The notes under the pieces were generated by a model, which saw nothing but the letters and a program-made list of their open reading frames with translations, had not been told where the DNA came from and searched no databases. This document shows positions 51,173 to 59,222 of a stretch of DNA of 64,000 bases, in pieces. A program made the translations under genes and the position numbers. Positions within the stretch are counted from its first letter, which is position 1. Each line of letters starts with the position of its first letter. Source of the stretch: a virus; IMG/VR virus record IMGVR_UViG_3300023174_006147, positions 1 to 64,000 of that record; one strand, 5' to 3'.

Positions 51173-53728
51173 CTAGAATGAATTGCTGTCAACTATCTCC
51201 ATGCCAAGATTTGCTATATAAGCCATTAACTCTTCAATCTCTTGACTGGTTGGATTTAATGTGCCAATAGCTTGATCTAATTGATCAACAGTTATTTTAT
51301 TTGACCGTGCTGCACTCTTAATCAATTGTTGAACAGCAGGTAAATCTCCCAATGGTGTTTTTTTCTTAGCAATATCCTGTATTGGAAAATCTAAAAGTTG
51401 CAATTGTTTGAACCCAATATACTTGGTAGAGCCATCTGAAAAGGTTACATCTGCGATTTTCATTATATTGCCTACATTAGCTATCTTACCAGTTTTGCCG
51501 GCAGCAGGCCCATCAATAACTTTAACAGAATCGCCTTGTTTAAACGAATGGACAGGTATTACTTCAGGTTCAGAAGTTTTAATTTTTTCAATTTCATTAG
51601 GATAAAGAAATGTCTTATCATCAGAATCGTCTAATTTTACTATAACATTGCCACTTTTTTGAATCTGAGTTATTGTGCCAGTTTTTCCTGTATTGTGCGT
51701 TCCTATGATTTTTACCTTATCGCCCTCTGAATATTGTTTAGGTGTTTTTACTTCTGGCTCTGGTTCCCACTTGAGATTGTCTAAGTTCAAATCTGGATCA
51801 TTTTTATCGGGGTTATCAAGTTTTTTAACAGTGAATGTATCATCACCGTATTCGTCTATAGCCTGATCATATTCATTCTGAGTGAGGAATTGTCCCTGAT
51901 AAAGCGGTGTAAGTCCTGGCATAGTAACTTCATAAGCAGCATCTATTAAATTAGGATTTTCAGCTTCGGCTTTAATCTTTTCAATATTTTTTAAGGGAAC
52001 ATCGATGGCAACCTTATTATCAAATTCTACATCAACTAGTGGCTTTGTAGAATAAGCGTATGATACTTCACCAGTTTTACCGGTGTATTTATGATTACCG
52101 ATGATCATAACCTTATCACCGTTTTTAACATCACCAATTTCTAGAGACTTTGGAGCAGCGCCGACTTTTTCAAGACTTGCCAAAGGAACATCATACAATT
52201 TTTTACCGTTGTCCAATTCTAATGTAGTATCTTTAAAAGAATCATGTACATCGGTAACAGTAGCGATATCACCTGCGTTAGAATGCTTGCCAATAATTTT
52301 TACTTTATCGCCTTTTTTAATTTTATCATTGTCAGTTTTTGTATCTAGTATTTTAACTTGGTGTGGCTTAAGAAGACCGTACTCGCCACCCTTGAAGAAT
52401 ATCTCGATGTTACCAGAAGTATACATGTGGGATATAGTTCCAGATTGACCATAGTATGCACTTTTAGTGTCAATAACTTCAACTAAATCACCATATTTAG
52501 GATCAGGAGTTTCTGAATCAGCTTCACTTTCGTGTTTAATATCTTTAATCTTGAAGTCGTTGGTCCAATTTTCACCATCCAACTTCACTGATACTTCGTC
52601 ATAATTGGTGTAAACATACTGTACTTCACCGGACAGCCCGTAATAGTGATTACCCTTGGATTTAACAGTAACACGGTCACCAATTTCATATTTTCCAGGT
52701 GTAATGATTTTAGGCTTGCCTTCGGGATAAACTTGTAGTTCTAGAAACTTCATGATATTTTTCATGAGACTTTCTTGAACAGCATAATATGCACCACGAA
52801 TAAAGACTTCATTTCCAGAAGCAATAGCCCCCGTCAGATCTTCTTGATCTAAATCAAATCCTTTGACTATTCCTTCAGGAGTCATGATGTTTTCAAGCTC
52901 AGTTAAAGGCATGAATTCTTTTGGGATGTCACCTGCTTCAATAGCTTTTTTAATTGAGTTAAGATTGTATTCTAGATTATATTCCCCAAAGAGATTATTA
53001 AAGATAAAATCATATTTTGCTCCTAGTTTTTCTCGATTGGTTAACACGAAATCTTTTAAAGGAGCAAGTAGTTCGTAGTCCAACATTTTTGGATAGGATC
53101 CTCTATCTAAAATTAAATCCTTGGTGTTTCGACTCCAGCTAAATGAAAATCCATCTTTGGGAAACATTACATATACTTTGCCATATCCCGAAGCCTGACT
53201 TTTATCACCTGATACGAATGATGAATTATCTCTTCTTGCTTCGAATCCAGCTGCTTCCATGCCTTTGTTAAAAATATCACTAAGGCGTGAACTACTGCTC
53301 ATTACACGGCGCTCATCAAATGGTTTACCATAGAGAGCATCTTCAGTGGACTTGATGCCGCGATAAAATACTTTGGCTTCAGAAGTTTTAAAATCTGGAT
53401 TTAAATCAGTATAAACTTTGACGATTTCTGTACAATTTTTTGCAATCCTCGTCATTAAATTATAAAATTGGATTGGAAGATTATTCTTTTCACTTTTAAG
53501 ATTTGACTTCTGTTGTTTTAGGGAATCAATTTCTGCATAGAGTCCCTGCTTCATTTTTTCATATTCAGCAGCAACTGAATCAGGCACTTTCATATTATTT
53601 GCAAGGGCCGCGCTTTCTTCATAATCAGTGATTTTCTTCAGCAGTTTTTCTAGTTTTGGCAAGTTAAGGGACATTCCCTTGCGCTCACCCGGCTTCAGTT
53701 CGGATTTAAAGATTTCTATAATTCTCAT
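51173..53728 (-). CDS. putative ADP-ribosyltransferase with KOW repeats, RpoC-like insert and C-terminal sigma70 region 1.1-like domain
   Basis: FYRG / SFVS / NEV triad; about 7 GDxV.I.G...G..G KOW repeats; MRIIEIF leader. Confidence 0.6.
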   Translation of the reverse strand: MRIIEIFKSELKPGERKGMSLNLPKLEKLLKKITDYEESAALANNMKVPDSVAAEYEKMKQGLYAEIDSLKQQKSNLKSEKNNLPIQFYNLMTRIAKNCTEIVKVYTDLNPDFKTSEAKVFYRGIKSTEDALYGKPFDERRVMSSSSRLSDIFNKGMEAAGFEARRDNSSFVSGDKSQASGYGKVYVMFPKDGFSFSWSRNTKDLILDRGSYPKMLDYELLAPLKDFVLTNREKLGAKYDFIFNNLFGEYNLEYNLNSIKKAIEAGDIPKEFMPLTELENIMTPEGIVKGFDLDQEDLTGAIASGNEVFIRGAYYAVQESLMKNIMKFLELQVYPEGKPKIITPGKYEIGDRVTVKSKGNHYYGLSGEVQYVYTNYDEVSVKLDGENWTNDFKIKDIKHESEADSETPDPKYGDLVEVIDTKSAYYGQSGTISHMYTSGNIEIFFKGGEYGLLKPHQVKILDTKTDNDKIKKGDKVKIIGKHSNAGDIATVTDVHDSFKDTTLELDNGKKLYDVPLASLEKVGAAPKSLEIGDVKNGDKVMIIGNHKYTGKTGEVSYAYSTKPLVDVEFDNKVAIDVPLKNIEKIKAEAENPNLIDAAYEVTMPGLTPLYQGQFLTQNEYDQAIDEYGDDTFTVKKLDNPDKNDPDLNLDNLKWEPEPEVKTPKQYSEGDKVKIIGTHNTGKTGTITQIQKSGNVIVKLDDSDDKTFLYPNEIEKIKTSEPEVIPVHSFKQGDSVKVIDGPAAGKTGKIANVGNIMKIADVTFSDGSTKYIGFKQLQLLDFPIQDIAKKKTPLGDLPAVQQLIKSAARSNKITVDQLDQAIGTLNPTSQEIEELMAYIANLGMEIVDSNSF

Positions 53729-53731
53729 AAA

Positions 53732-53745
53732 CATATTTATAAATA
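53732..53745. promoter_or_regulatory. palindromic bidirectional late promoter
   Basis: atatttataaatat gives TATAAATA on both strands, 5-6 nt before two divergent ATGs. Confidence 0.7.
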
Positions 53746-53751
53746 TATATT

Positions 53752-54507
53752 ATGAAAATAAAAGATCTTTTAAATGAAACCGCCATACAAGAGGGTCCGT
53801 ATGATCCTCACATTTTTAAAGCAGTTTTTATGGCCGGAGCACCAGGTGCTGGTAAAACAACTACCGCTAAAAAGCTACTCTCTGGTACAGGTCTAAGACA
53901 CCTCAATGTTGATGATTTTTATAATCTTATGAGACATAAAGGACGCGCTAGTGGCGATCAAAACAAGGATTACGAAGCATCTTGGAAAACGTATCGCGGC
54001 CTAGAAGAATTACTTCGTCAAGGTCGAATTGGTTTAATCATTGATGGTACTGCGAAGAATCCAGAAAAGATGGCTGATGTTAAAGCAGACCTAGAAGAAA
54101 TGGGTTATGAGACTGCAATGATTTTCGTTAACTCATCATTAGAAACAAGTCTCAAAAGAGCTACTGAACGTTCACAACGTCCTGGTCCAGACTTTGGAAG
54201 AGTAACTTCACCAAAACATATTGAAGATACCTGGAATAAGGTGCAAAAGGGAATAGGTTCATTACAGAACTTATTTGGAGCAAGGTTCTTTGTTATCGAT
54301 GCTGAACGTCCCGATGCCAACATTAACTATGTTGACAAGAGTATTAGATCTTGGCTTAACACGCCAGTTAAAACACAGGCAGCACGACAGTGGTTATCTG
54401 ATCCTAAAGCTGCACAAAAGCAAACAAGCACAAAGCCAGCAAAAGATGAACCTGCACAAACAACAGGTCAACGCCCTGCTGAACCGGAAACTCCCAAAGA
54501 AGTATAA
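53752..54507 (+). CDS. P-loop kinase (zeta-toxin/AAA_33-like) with MKIKDLL leader
   Basis: GAPGAGKT, NVDD, IIDGT. Confidence 0.7.
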   Translation: MKIKDLLNETAIQEGPYDPHIFKAVFMAGAPGAGKTTTAKKLLSGTGLRHLNVDDFYNLMRHKGRASGDQNKDYEASWKTYRGLEELLRQGRIGLIIDGTAKNPEKMADVKADLEEMGYETAMIFVNSSLETSLKRATERSQRPGPDFGRVTSPKHIEDTWNKVQKGIGSLQNLFGARFFVIDAERPDANINYVDKSIRSWLNTPVKTQAARQWLSDPKAAQKQTSTKPAKDEPAQTTGQRPAEPETPKEV

Positions 54508-54510
54508 AAA

Positions 54511-54612
54511 CAGGATTGTGTTTTTTGGACGGGATTTGAACCCGCTCAGTTTGCGTTGAAAGCAAATGCTCTACCATTGAGCTACCATAAGGTTTTTTGC
54601 TGAAACAATCCT
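54511..54612 (-). ncRNA. scaffold RNA A4 (D + anticodon UCA + T arms, no acceptor stem)
   Basis: AGGATTG-TTT-CAGCA...TAGCTCAATGGTAGAGC-TTTGC TTTCAAC GCAAA-CGGGTTCAAATCCCG...CAATCCTG. Confidence 0.75.
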
Positions 54613-54627
54613 AGAACTTAAATTAAA

Positions 54628-54752
54628 CAGAGTGTATTGTTCTTTACGTGCTCTACCAGCTGAGCTACCTCCCCGCAGTTGGTGGGGAGAGTTGGACTCG
54701 AACCAACGACACCGTCCTTTTCATGGATAGAATTTTATGCTGAAAACACTCT
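54628..54752 (-). ncRNA. scaffold RNA A5 (circularly permuted, YrlA-like tRNA domain)
   Basis: AGAGTGT-TTT-CAGCA...T arm-TCTCCCC ACCA ACTGC GGGGAGG-D arm...ACACTCTG. Confidence 0.8.
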
Positions 54753-55256
54753 AAAACTTTTTACATCATCTTCTGCGACATAAGATCCTAAACTTAGTAC
54801 AATTCTAGGTTTTTCGCCCTGTACAGGAGTTGATTGATGTTGCCATTCACTGGCTAAATTTAGCCAACATTGATCTTCGACAACCGTGTACTCTTGACCT
54901 TCAATAACAGGCTGACCACCACTGTGAGGTAAACTTAGTATAAAGTTTAATCTTACATGCAGCATGCCTTGATTGCTTCTAGGATCACGGTGAGGATGCA
55001 CAAAAGCACCTCGTGTGTTTACTCCTATGAAATTACCAAACATTGGTTCTTCAACTACTGAAATGCCGTAATTGCCATAGCAGTAGTTGGAAAATTCTCG
55101 TACTTTTTGAGATAATTGGGAATCTATTCTATTGAGATTACAAAATCTGCGACCTTGTCCATTGTTGACAAAATAATCAACACCACTGTTTAAGGCAAAA
55201 TCAATTATTTGCTGTTTTAAACTTTCAGGAATGGATAAGTTGGGACTTATAAACAC
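54735..55256 (-). CDS. 2OG-Fe(II) oxygenase
   Basis: HPHRD, WQH, PRIVLS; GTG start; ORF-track start lies within tRNA-Gly. Confidence 0.7.
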   Translation of the reverse strand: MFISPNLSIPESLKQQIIDFALNSGVDYFVNNGQGRRFCNLNRIDSQLSQKVREFSNYCYGNYGISVVEEPMFGNFIGVNTRGAFVHPHRDPRSNQGMLHVRLNFILSLPHSGGQPVIEGQEYTVVEDQCWLNLASEWQHQSTPVQGEKPRIVLSLGSYVAEDDVKSFRVFSA

Positions 55257-55270
55257 AGTAAATCCTAAAA

Positions 55271-55345
55271 TGGAGCGGACGAAGGGGGTCGAACCCTCGA
55301 CATCGACCTTGGCAAGGTCGCGCTCTACCACTGAGCTACGTCCGC
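55271..55345 (-). tRNA. tRNA-Gly(GCC)
   Basis: cloverleaf + CCA. Confidence 0.92.
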
Positions 55346-55509
55346 ATTAATAATATTTAGTTTACTCTCTAAGGCAATGTCTCTTATTTGAAGAGAACGG
55401 TTTTTACATACTTCACATACCCTATTATAAGACGCTAACGCAACTTAATCGTGCCTCTTCTTATAAGTCAAAGGGTCGATATGCCGGACTTCACCGAAAA
55501 CCGGTAAAT

Positions 55510-55586
55510 TGGAGGACCCGCTCGGACTTGAACCGAGAACTTACCGCTTAAAAGGCGGTTACTCTGACCTATTGAGTTACGGGTCC
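55510..55586 (-). tRNA. tRNA-Lys(TTT)
   Basis: cloverleaf + CCA. Confidence 0.9.
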
Positions 55587-55643
55587 ATAAGACTCTCAAT
55601 ATCGGCTGCAACCTTGGCCTAAACCAAGGATTTTATCTAAAAT

Positions 55644-56294
55644 TTATAGTTCAACAGTTTTTGAAATACCAGTTTGAATTGACTTATAAACATTTGTTCT
55701 TGTTGCCATCAACGGCAACAACGTATGGCGAACAAAGTTTCTGTCATACTTCTCAACGATATTAGTACTATCTTCGTTCCATATCAACTTAAAATGCAAT
55801 GCTTGATTGACAATAGTTTCTTTATCAACTTCTAAAAATGGCTTATAACGATAAAAACCATTTACCATAGTTAAAGGTCGCATTGTTAGACTATGATGCG
55901 GATCACCACGCATAAGCCTAATGAGTACATTTTCAACTTGATCATCTGCGTGATGTGCAGTCATGATATAGGTGAATCCGCGATTCCTTGCAATTTCTTC
56001 AATAAACTGCCATCTTGCCGTTCTAGCATCGACTTCATTTGAGTCTTTGGTAAGAGGACTAGTTTTATTTGTCCATAGAACTAGATTATGTTTTTGCGCA
56101 TATTCTGAAATCAAGTAGAAGTCTTTACACGAGTCTTCTCTCATATTGTGATCATAATGAACAATTTCAATGTAAACAGCACTTTTTACCAAAAAGTCTA
56201 ACAAGAAAATTGAATCAACTCCGCCTGAAACGCAGACAAGATATTTGTCGGCAGTAAACTCAATTTGTTTACGAATCTTACGCCAAGCGGTCAT
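55644..56294 (-). CDS. tilS: tRNA(Ile)-lysidine synthetase, minimal form
   Basis: SGGVDS, DHNMR, TAHHADDQ.E, EDSTN, RNFVR. Confidence 0.88.
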   Translation of the reverse strand: MTAWRKIRKQIEFTADKYLVCVSGGVDSIFLLDFLVKSAVYIEIVHYDHNMREDSCKDFYLISEYAQKHNLVLWTNKTSPLTKDSNEVDARTARWQFIEEIARNRGFTYIMTAHHADDQVENVLIRLMRGDPHHSLTMRPLTMVNGFYRYKPFLEVDKETIVNQALHFKLIWNEDSTNIVEKYDRNFVRHTLLPLMATRTNVYKSIQTGISKTVEL

Positions 56295-56312
56295 ATATAT
56301 GATCCTTAATGT

Positions 56313-56388
56313 TGGTGCTCCCGCAGGGATTTGAACCCCGAACCTATCGCTTATGAGGCGACTGCTCTCACCATTGAGCTACAGGAGC
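56313..56388 (-). tRNA. tRNA-Ile2(CAT)
   Basis: CAT anticodon, directly upstream of tilS. Confidence 0.8.
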
Positions 56389-56446
56389 ATAATGCTTTCT
56401 ATGTGCTAATTGTAGCGTAGTAAGCATGTTGTGTCAATAAAATAAA

Positions 56447-56582
56447 CGGGATGCTTTTGGTTTTGGACGGCCGCGTCTACCATTCCGCCATAGTCGCAAC
56501 AAGTACGACTAGTGGGACTCGAACCCACACATCCATTACAGATAGCTGTTTATCATTCCTAAAGTATGCAGAATGCATCCCT
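56447..56582 (-). ncRNA. scaffold RNA A6 (permuted tRNA domain, Leu-type D arm)
   Basis: GGGATGC-ATT-CTGCA...GTGGGTTCGAGTCCCAC-TAGTCG..CGACTA-TGGCGGAATGGTAGACGC...GCATCCCG. Confidence 0.75.
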
Positions 56583-56586
56583 AAAC

Positions 56587-56772
56587 TTATTGTGTAATCA
56601 TTTCTCGCATTTTGTCGGCGGATATTGTATCCGGTCGCCGATACCACAAATACTTGTGGTTATGATGATTGTAAGTTGCTATGCCTTCAATCAAGCAATA
56701 TATTGCGAACTTGCCGCCCTCAAATTCGCGAGTGCTTAGTGCATTCTGTTGAAGATATTCTAAATGCGTCAT
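56587..56772 (-). CDS. small hypothetical protein
   Basis: 61 aa. Confidence 0.4.
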   Translation of the reverse strand: MTHLEYLQQNALSTREFEGGKFAIYCLIEGIATYNHHNHKYLWYRRPDTISADKMREMITQ

Positions 56773-56924
56773 AGTTTTTTCATTTCATCTTTTGAGAGAC
56801 AATCAAGAATAAACTTCTTGACTTTGCCACGAAATCCACGTTCAGACTTCATTTTCTTACGAGCCTTCTCGTATCGCCGATGAAGCTCTTTGCTTGTGGG
56901 ATACATGATATCTCCTAAATTAAA

Positions 56925-57012
56925 CAGGATTACAGTTTTGAAGGGTTTGAACCTTCTCGTTTTTGAGTTGAAGTCAAAAATTTATCCATAAGATAAGTGC
57001 TGAAATAATCCT
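56925..57012 (-). ncRNA. scaffold RNA A7 (mini D, anticodon UCA, T arm)
   Basis: AGGATTA-TTT-CAGCA...TTTTTGA CTTCAAC TCAAAAA..GAAGGTTCAAACCCTTC...TAATCCTG. Confidence 0.7.
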
Positions 57013-57025
57013 TAAACTTAAAAAT

Positions 57026-57101
57026 TGGTACCCGGTGCAGGTTCTGCCCCCGCCGCCTCCTGCGTGTAAAGCAGGCGCTCTCCTGAATGAGCTAACCGGG
57101 C
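57026..57101 (-). tRNA. tRNA-Val(TAC), non-canonical T loop
   Basis: loop TTTACAC, T loop GGCAGAA. Confidence 0.85.
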
Positions 57102-57110
57102 ATATTAAAA

Positions 57111-57188
57111 TGGTCGGGCATGTAGGATTCGAACCTACGATCTCCTGGTCCCAAACCAGGCGCCTTAGCCAGACTAGGCCAATGCCCG
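57111..57188 (-). tRNA. tRNA-Pro(TGG)
   Basis: cloverleaf + CCA. Confidence 0.9.
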
Positions 57189-57190
57189 TT

Positions 57191-57313
57191 AAACTATTTA
57201 GAAGAACATTCCTGAACAGGATCTATTCGTTTTACAACACTCGTCTATGGGTGCAACCGTATCTATGCATTGCTAGCTTAATGCAAGACCTCGAATGTTC
57301 ATCTAAACAGTCT
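57191..57313 (-). ncRNA. family-B helix RNA B1
   Basis: AGACTGTTTAGA-T-GAACATTC...GAATGTTC-T-TCTAAATAGTTT. Confidence 0.6.
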
Positions 57314-57316
57314 AAT

Positions 57317-57380
57317 AATATTATAAGAACACACTAGTCTTTAACTACCGGCGACAGAACCAATGTGTTCGTATAATACT
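57317..57380 (-). ncRNA. family-B helix RNA B2
   Basis: AGTATTATA-C-GAACACATT...AGTGTGTTC-T-TATAATATT. Confidence 0.6.
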
Positions 57381-57384
57381 ACAA

Positions 57385-57454
57385 TTTCAAAGAACTAACA
57401 AAGCATTGCTGCTTTGTATGTGCTTATTATAATGTACTTATCAACATGTGTCAA
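57385..57454 (-). promoter_or_regulatory. consensus sigma70 promoter + boxB-like hairpin + boxA-like element
   Basis: TTGACA-N17-TATAAT, ACAAAGCA-GCAA-TGCTTTGT, GTTCTTTGAAA. Confidence 0.75.
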
Positions 57455-57706
57455 CAACTAATTTCAGAGTGGCAGTAGTTTGTTACTAGTCTCTCTGACG
57501 ATATCAACTCCAGGTTTACTAGTGTTTGTCACTGCACGAAGCTTAATCCTCTGAAGATTAGCTTGCCGATATCGTTGTTTATAACAAATCCACCGACCCA
57601 GTTGTAATTTTGAAACTCTGTAAGTTTCTGCTAGAACATCTTAGAGTGTACAAGACTCTCCGTTCCTGATGCTTGCTTGTACTGCCGGTGAACTATGTTC
57701 ACTAAA

Positions 57707-57783
57707 TGGTGGCCCCATCGGGACTCGAACCCGGTTCTCCAGCTTGAGAGGCTAGTGTCCTAACCATGTCAGACGCTGGGGCC
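57707..57783 (-). tRNA. tRNA-Glu(CTC)
   Basis: cloverleaf + CCA. Confidence 0.85.
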
Positions 57784-57790
57784 ATTAAAA

Positions 57791-57897
57791 TGGTGGACGC
57801 AACTGGATTCGAACCAGTAAGGCTGCGCGGGCCCGTCCCAATTACATCTCGACACCCATTCGATACGTTGGCTTCGACCCAACCCAATGCTACGCCC
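57791..57897 (-). ncRNA. tRNA-like RNA (acceptor + T arm + CCA, non-tRNA core)
   Basis: GGGCGTA/TGCGTCC ACCA; ACTGGTTCGAATCCAGT. Confidence 0.65.
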
Positions 57898-57906
57898 ATT
57901 TAAATT

Positions 57907-57967
57907 TGGAGGTCTATGTGGGAGTCTAACCCACTTTCAACTATGTTGATTAACAACACGTAAGACC
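57907..57967 (-). ncRNA. minimal tRNA-like RNA
   Basis: GGTCT/AGACC TCCA; T-like arm GTGGGTTAGACTCCCAC. Confidence 0.5.
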
Positions 57968-57971
57968 CATA

Positions 57972-58047
57972 TGGTGGAGCCTATCGGTATCGAACCGATC
58001 GCCTACACAATGCCATTGTGTCGCTCTCCCATCTGAGCTAATGCCCC
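57972..58047 (-). tRNA. tRNA-Ala(GGC)
   Basis: G3:U70, CCA. Confidence 0.85.
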
Positions 58048-58143
58048 AGTGTAGGATTCACACTTGCCAGAACATTTCGTTCTACCCTCCATTACATGAC
58101 CGGGCTGTGTTGATACGCTGTGCGTTCCTACTTCATCAATAAT

Positions 58144-58259
58144 TGGTGTGCAGCACTGGAGTCGAACCAGCCAATAACAAAACCATTAACATAGCGTATT
58201 TGTTTATATAACGCTACTGTGGATTTATCTGCTTCCCTTCCCAGAGGATTTCACTACAC
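58144..58259 (-). ncRNA. tRNA-like RNA (acceptor + T arm + CCA)
   Basis: GTGTAGT/GCTGCAC ACCA; CTGGTTCGACTCCAG. Confidence 0.6.
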
Positions 58260-58266
58260 ATAAAAA

Positions 58267-58360
58267 TGGCGGGACTTTTGGAATCGAACCATAACATGAT
58301 ACATGTTGCTGAAAACATTCGTTGGACGGAATGCTCCTACACCCAAGTAGGTTGAGTCCC
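58267..58360 (-). ncRNA. CCA-ending tRNA-like RNA with internal permuted family-A module
   Basis: GGGACT/AGTCCC GCCA; GCATTC..GAATGT-TTT-CAGCA. Confidence 0.7.
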
Positions 58361-58368
58361 ATTAAAAT

Positions 58369-58461
58369 TGGTGGAGGGAATTGGAGTCGAACCAATTAAT
58401 TTTGTGATGCGGTAGATATTCACTGGACTGAATACATTCTGCGCCATGCAGGATTCCCTCC
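58369..58461 (-). ncRNA. CCA-ending tRNA-like RNA with internal permuted family-A module
   Basis: GGAGGGA/TCCCTCC ACCA; GTATTCA-GTCCAG-TGAATAT-CTA-CCGCA. Confidence 0.7.
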
Positions 58462-58466
58462 GAAAC

Positions 58467-58544
58467 TGGTCTAGAAGGCAGGATTTGAACCTGCGACCCC
58501 CTCATTCCAAATGAGGTACGCTACCCTGGCTGCGCTACTCCTAG
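58467..58544 (-). tRNA. tRNA-Pro(TGG), second copy (A37)
   Basis: loop TTTGGAA, CCA. Confidence 0.85.
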
Positions 58545-58552
58545 ATAAAAAT

Positions 58553-58642
58553 TGGTGTCAGTGTGGGAATTGAACCCACTCGGACTCTACCCTCTCGACG
58601 CCTGAGAAAGAAGGGAGCCGGTTAAGCCTAACCAATACTGAC
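58553..58642 (-). ncRNA. tRNA-like RNA (acceptor + T arm + CCA)
   Basis: GTCAGT/ACTGAC ACCA; GTGGGTTCAATTCCCAC. Confidence 0.6.
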
Positions 58643-58648
58643 ATAAAA

Positions 58649-58779
58649 TGGTGGCAGCATCACCGTTTCAGCATTATTGTAGAGACTTCAAAGTTTTAGA
58701 TGTATGCCTACACCAAACTCTACTGCTTTCACCCGATGGCTTGTTCAATGTTAACTAGTATAGAACAAGTTACGCTGCC
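58649..58779 (-). ncRNA. structured RNA with acceptor-like stem and CCA
   Basis: GGCAGCG/TGCTGCC ACCA; internal CTTGTTC/GAACAAG and GTAGAG/CTCTAC helices. Confidence 0.55.
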
Positions 58780-58791
58780 GTTTTCTTAAAA

Positions 58792-58866
58792 TGGTGGAGA
58801 CGGAGGGAATCGAACCCTCAATTGAAGCTTGCAAAGCTACCGTGTTCCCGTTAGCACTACGCCCCC
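58792..58866 (-). tRNA. tRNA-Ala(TGC)
   Basis: G3:U70, CCA. Confidence 0.9.
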
Positions 58867-58868
58867 AT

Positions 58869-58947
58869 TGGTTGCAGAGGTTGGATTTGAACCAACGATT
58901 TCCGGCTTATGAGACCAGCGAGGACGACCTGACTCCTCTACTCCGCG
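58869..58947 (-). tRNA. tRNA-fMet(CAT)
   Basis: C1:A72 mismatch, CAT. Confidence 0.8.
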
Positions 58948-58963
58948 ATAAAACTTTAAAAAC

Positions 58964-59037
58964 TGGAGCGGGTGAAGGGAATCGAACCCTCATATTCAGC
59001 TTGGAAGGCTGCTGCATTACCACTATGCTACACCCGC
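58964..59037 (-). tRNA. tRNA-Gly(TCC)
   Basis: cloverleaf + CCA. Confidence 0.9.
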
Positions 59038-59041
59038 ATTA

Positions 59042-59127
59042 AAACTTTTTAGAAGAACACACTGCCCGCAGCGTCCCTGGTTCATATCTTGTCAATTCAA
59101 GACCACGGTGTATTCATCTAAAAAGTC
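59042..59127 (-). ncRNA. family-B helix RNA B3
   Basis: AGACTTTTTAGA-T-GAATACAC...GTGTGTTC-T-TCTAAAAAGTTT. Confidence 0.6.
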
Positions 59128-59203
59128 TGGTGCCCGCACGAGGATTCGAACCCCGGACCTACTGATTACAAATCAGTTGCGCTACCAACTGTGCCATACG
59201 GGC
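59128..59203 (-). tRNA. tRNA-Thr(TGT)
   Basis: cloverleaf + CCA. Confidence 0.92.
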
Positions 59204-59222
59204 GTATCAGACTTTATTAAAA

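Noticed and set aside
54511-57012. Opal suppressor tRNAs / stop-codon recoding
   Set aside because: The UCA-loop RNAs have no acceptor stem or CCA, and genes are intact under code 11 with TGA used as a stop.
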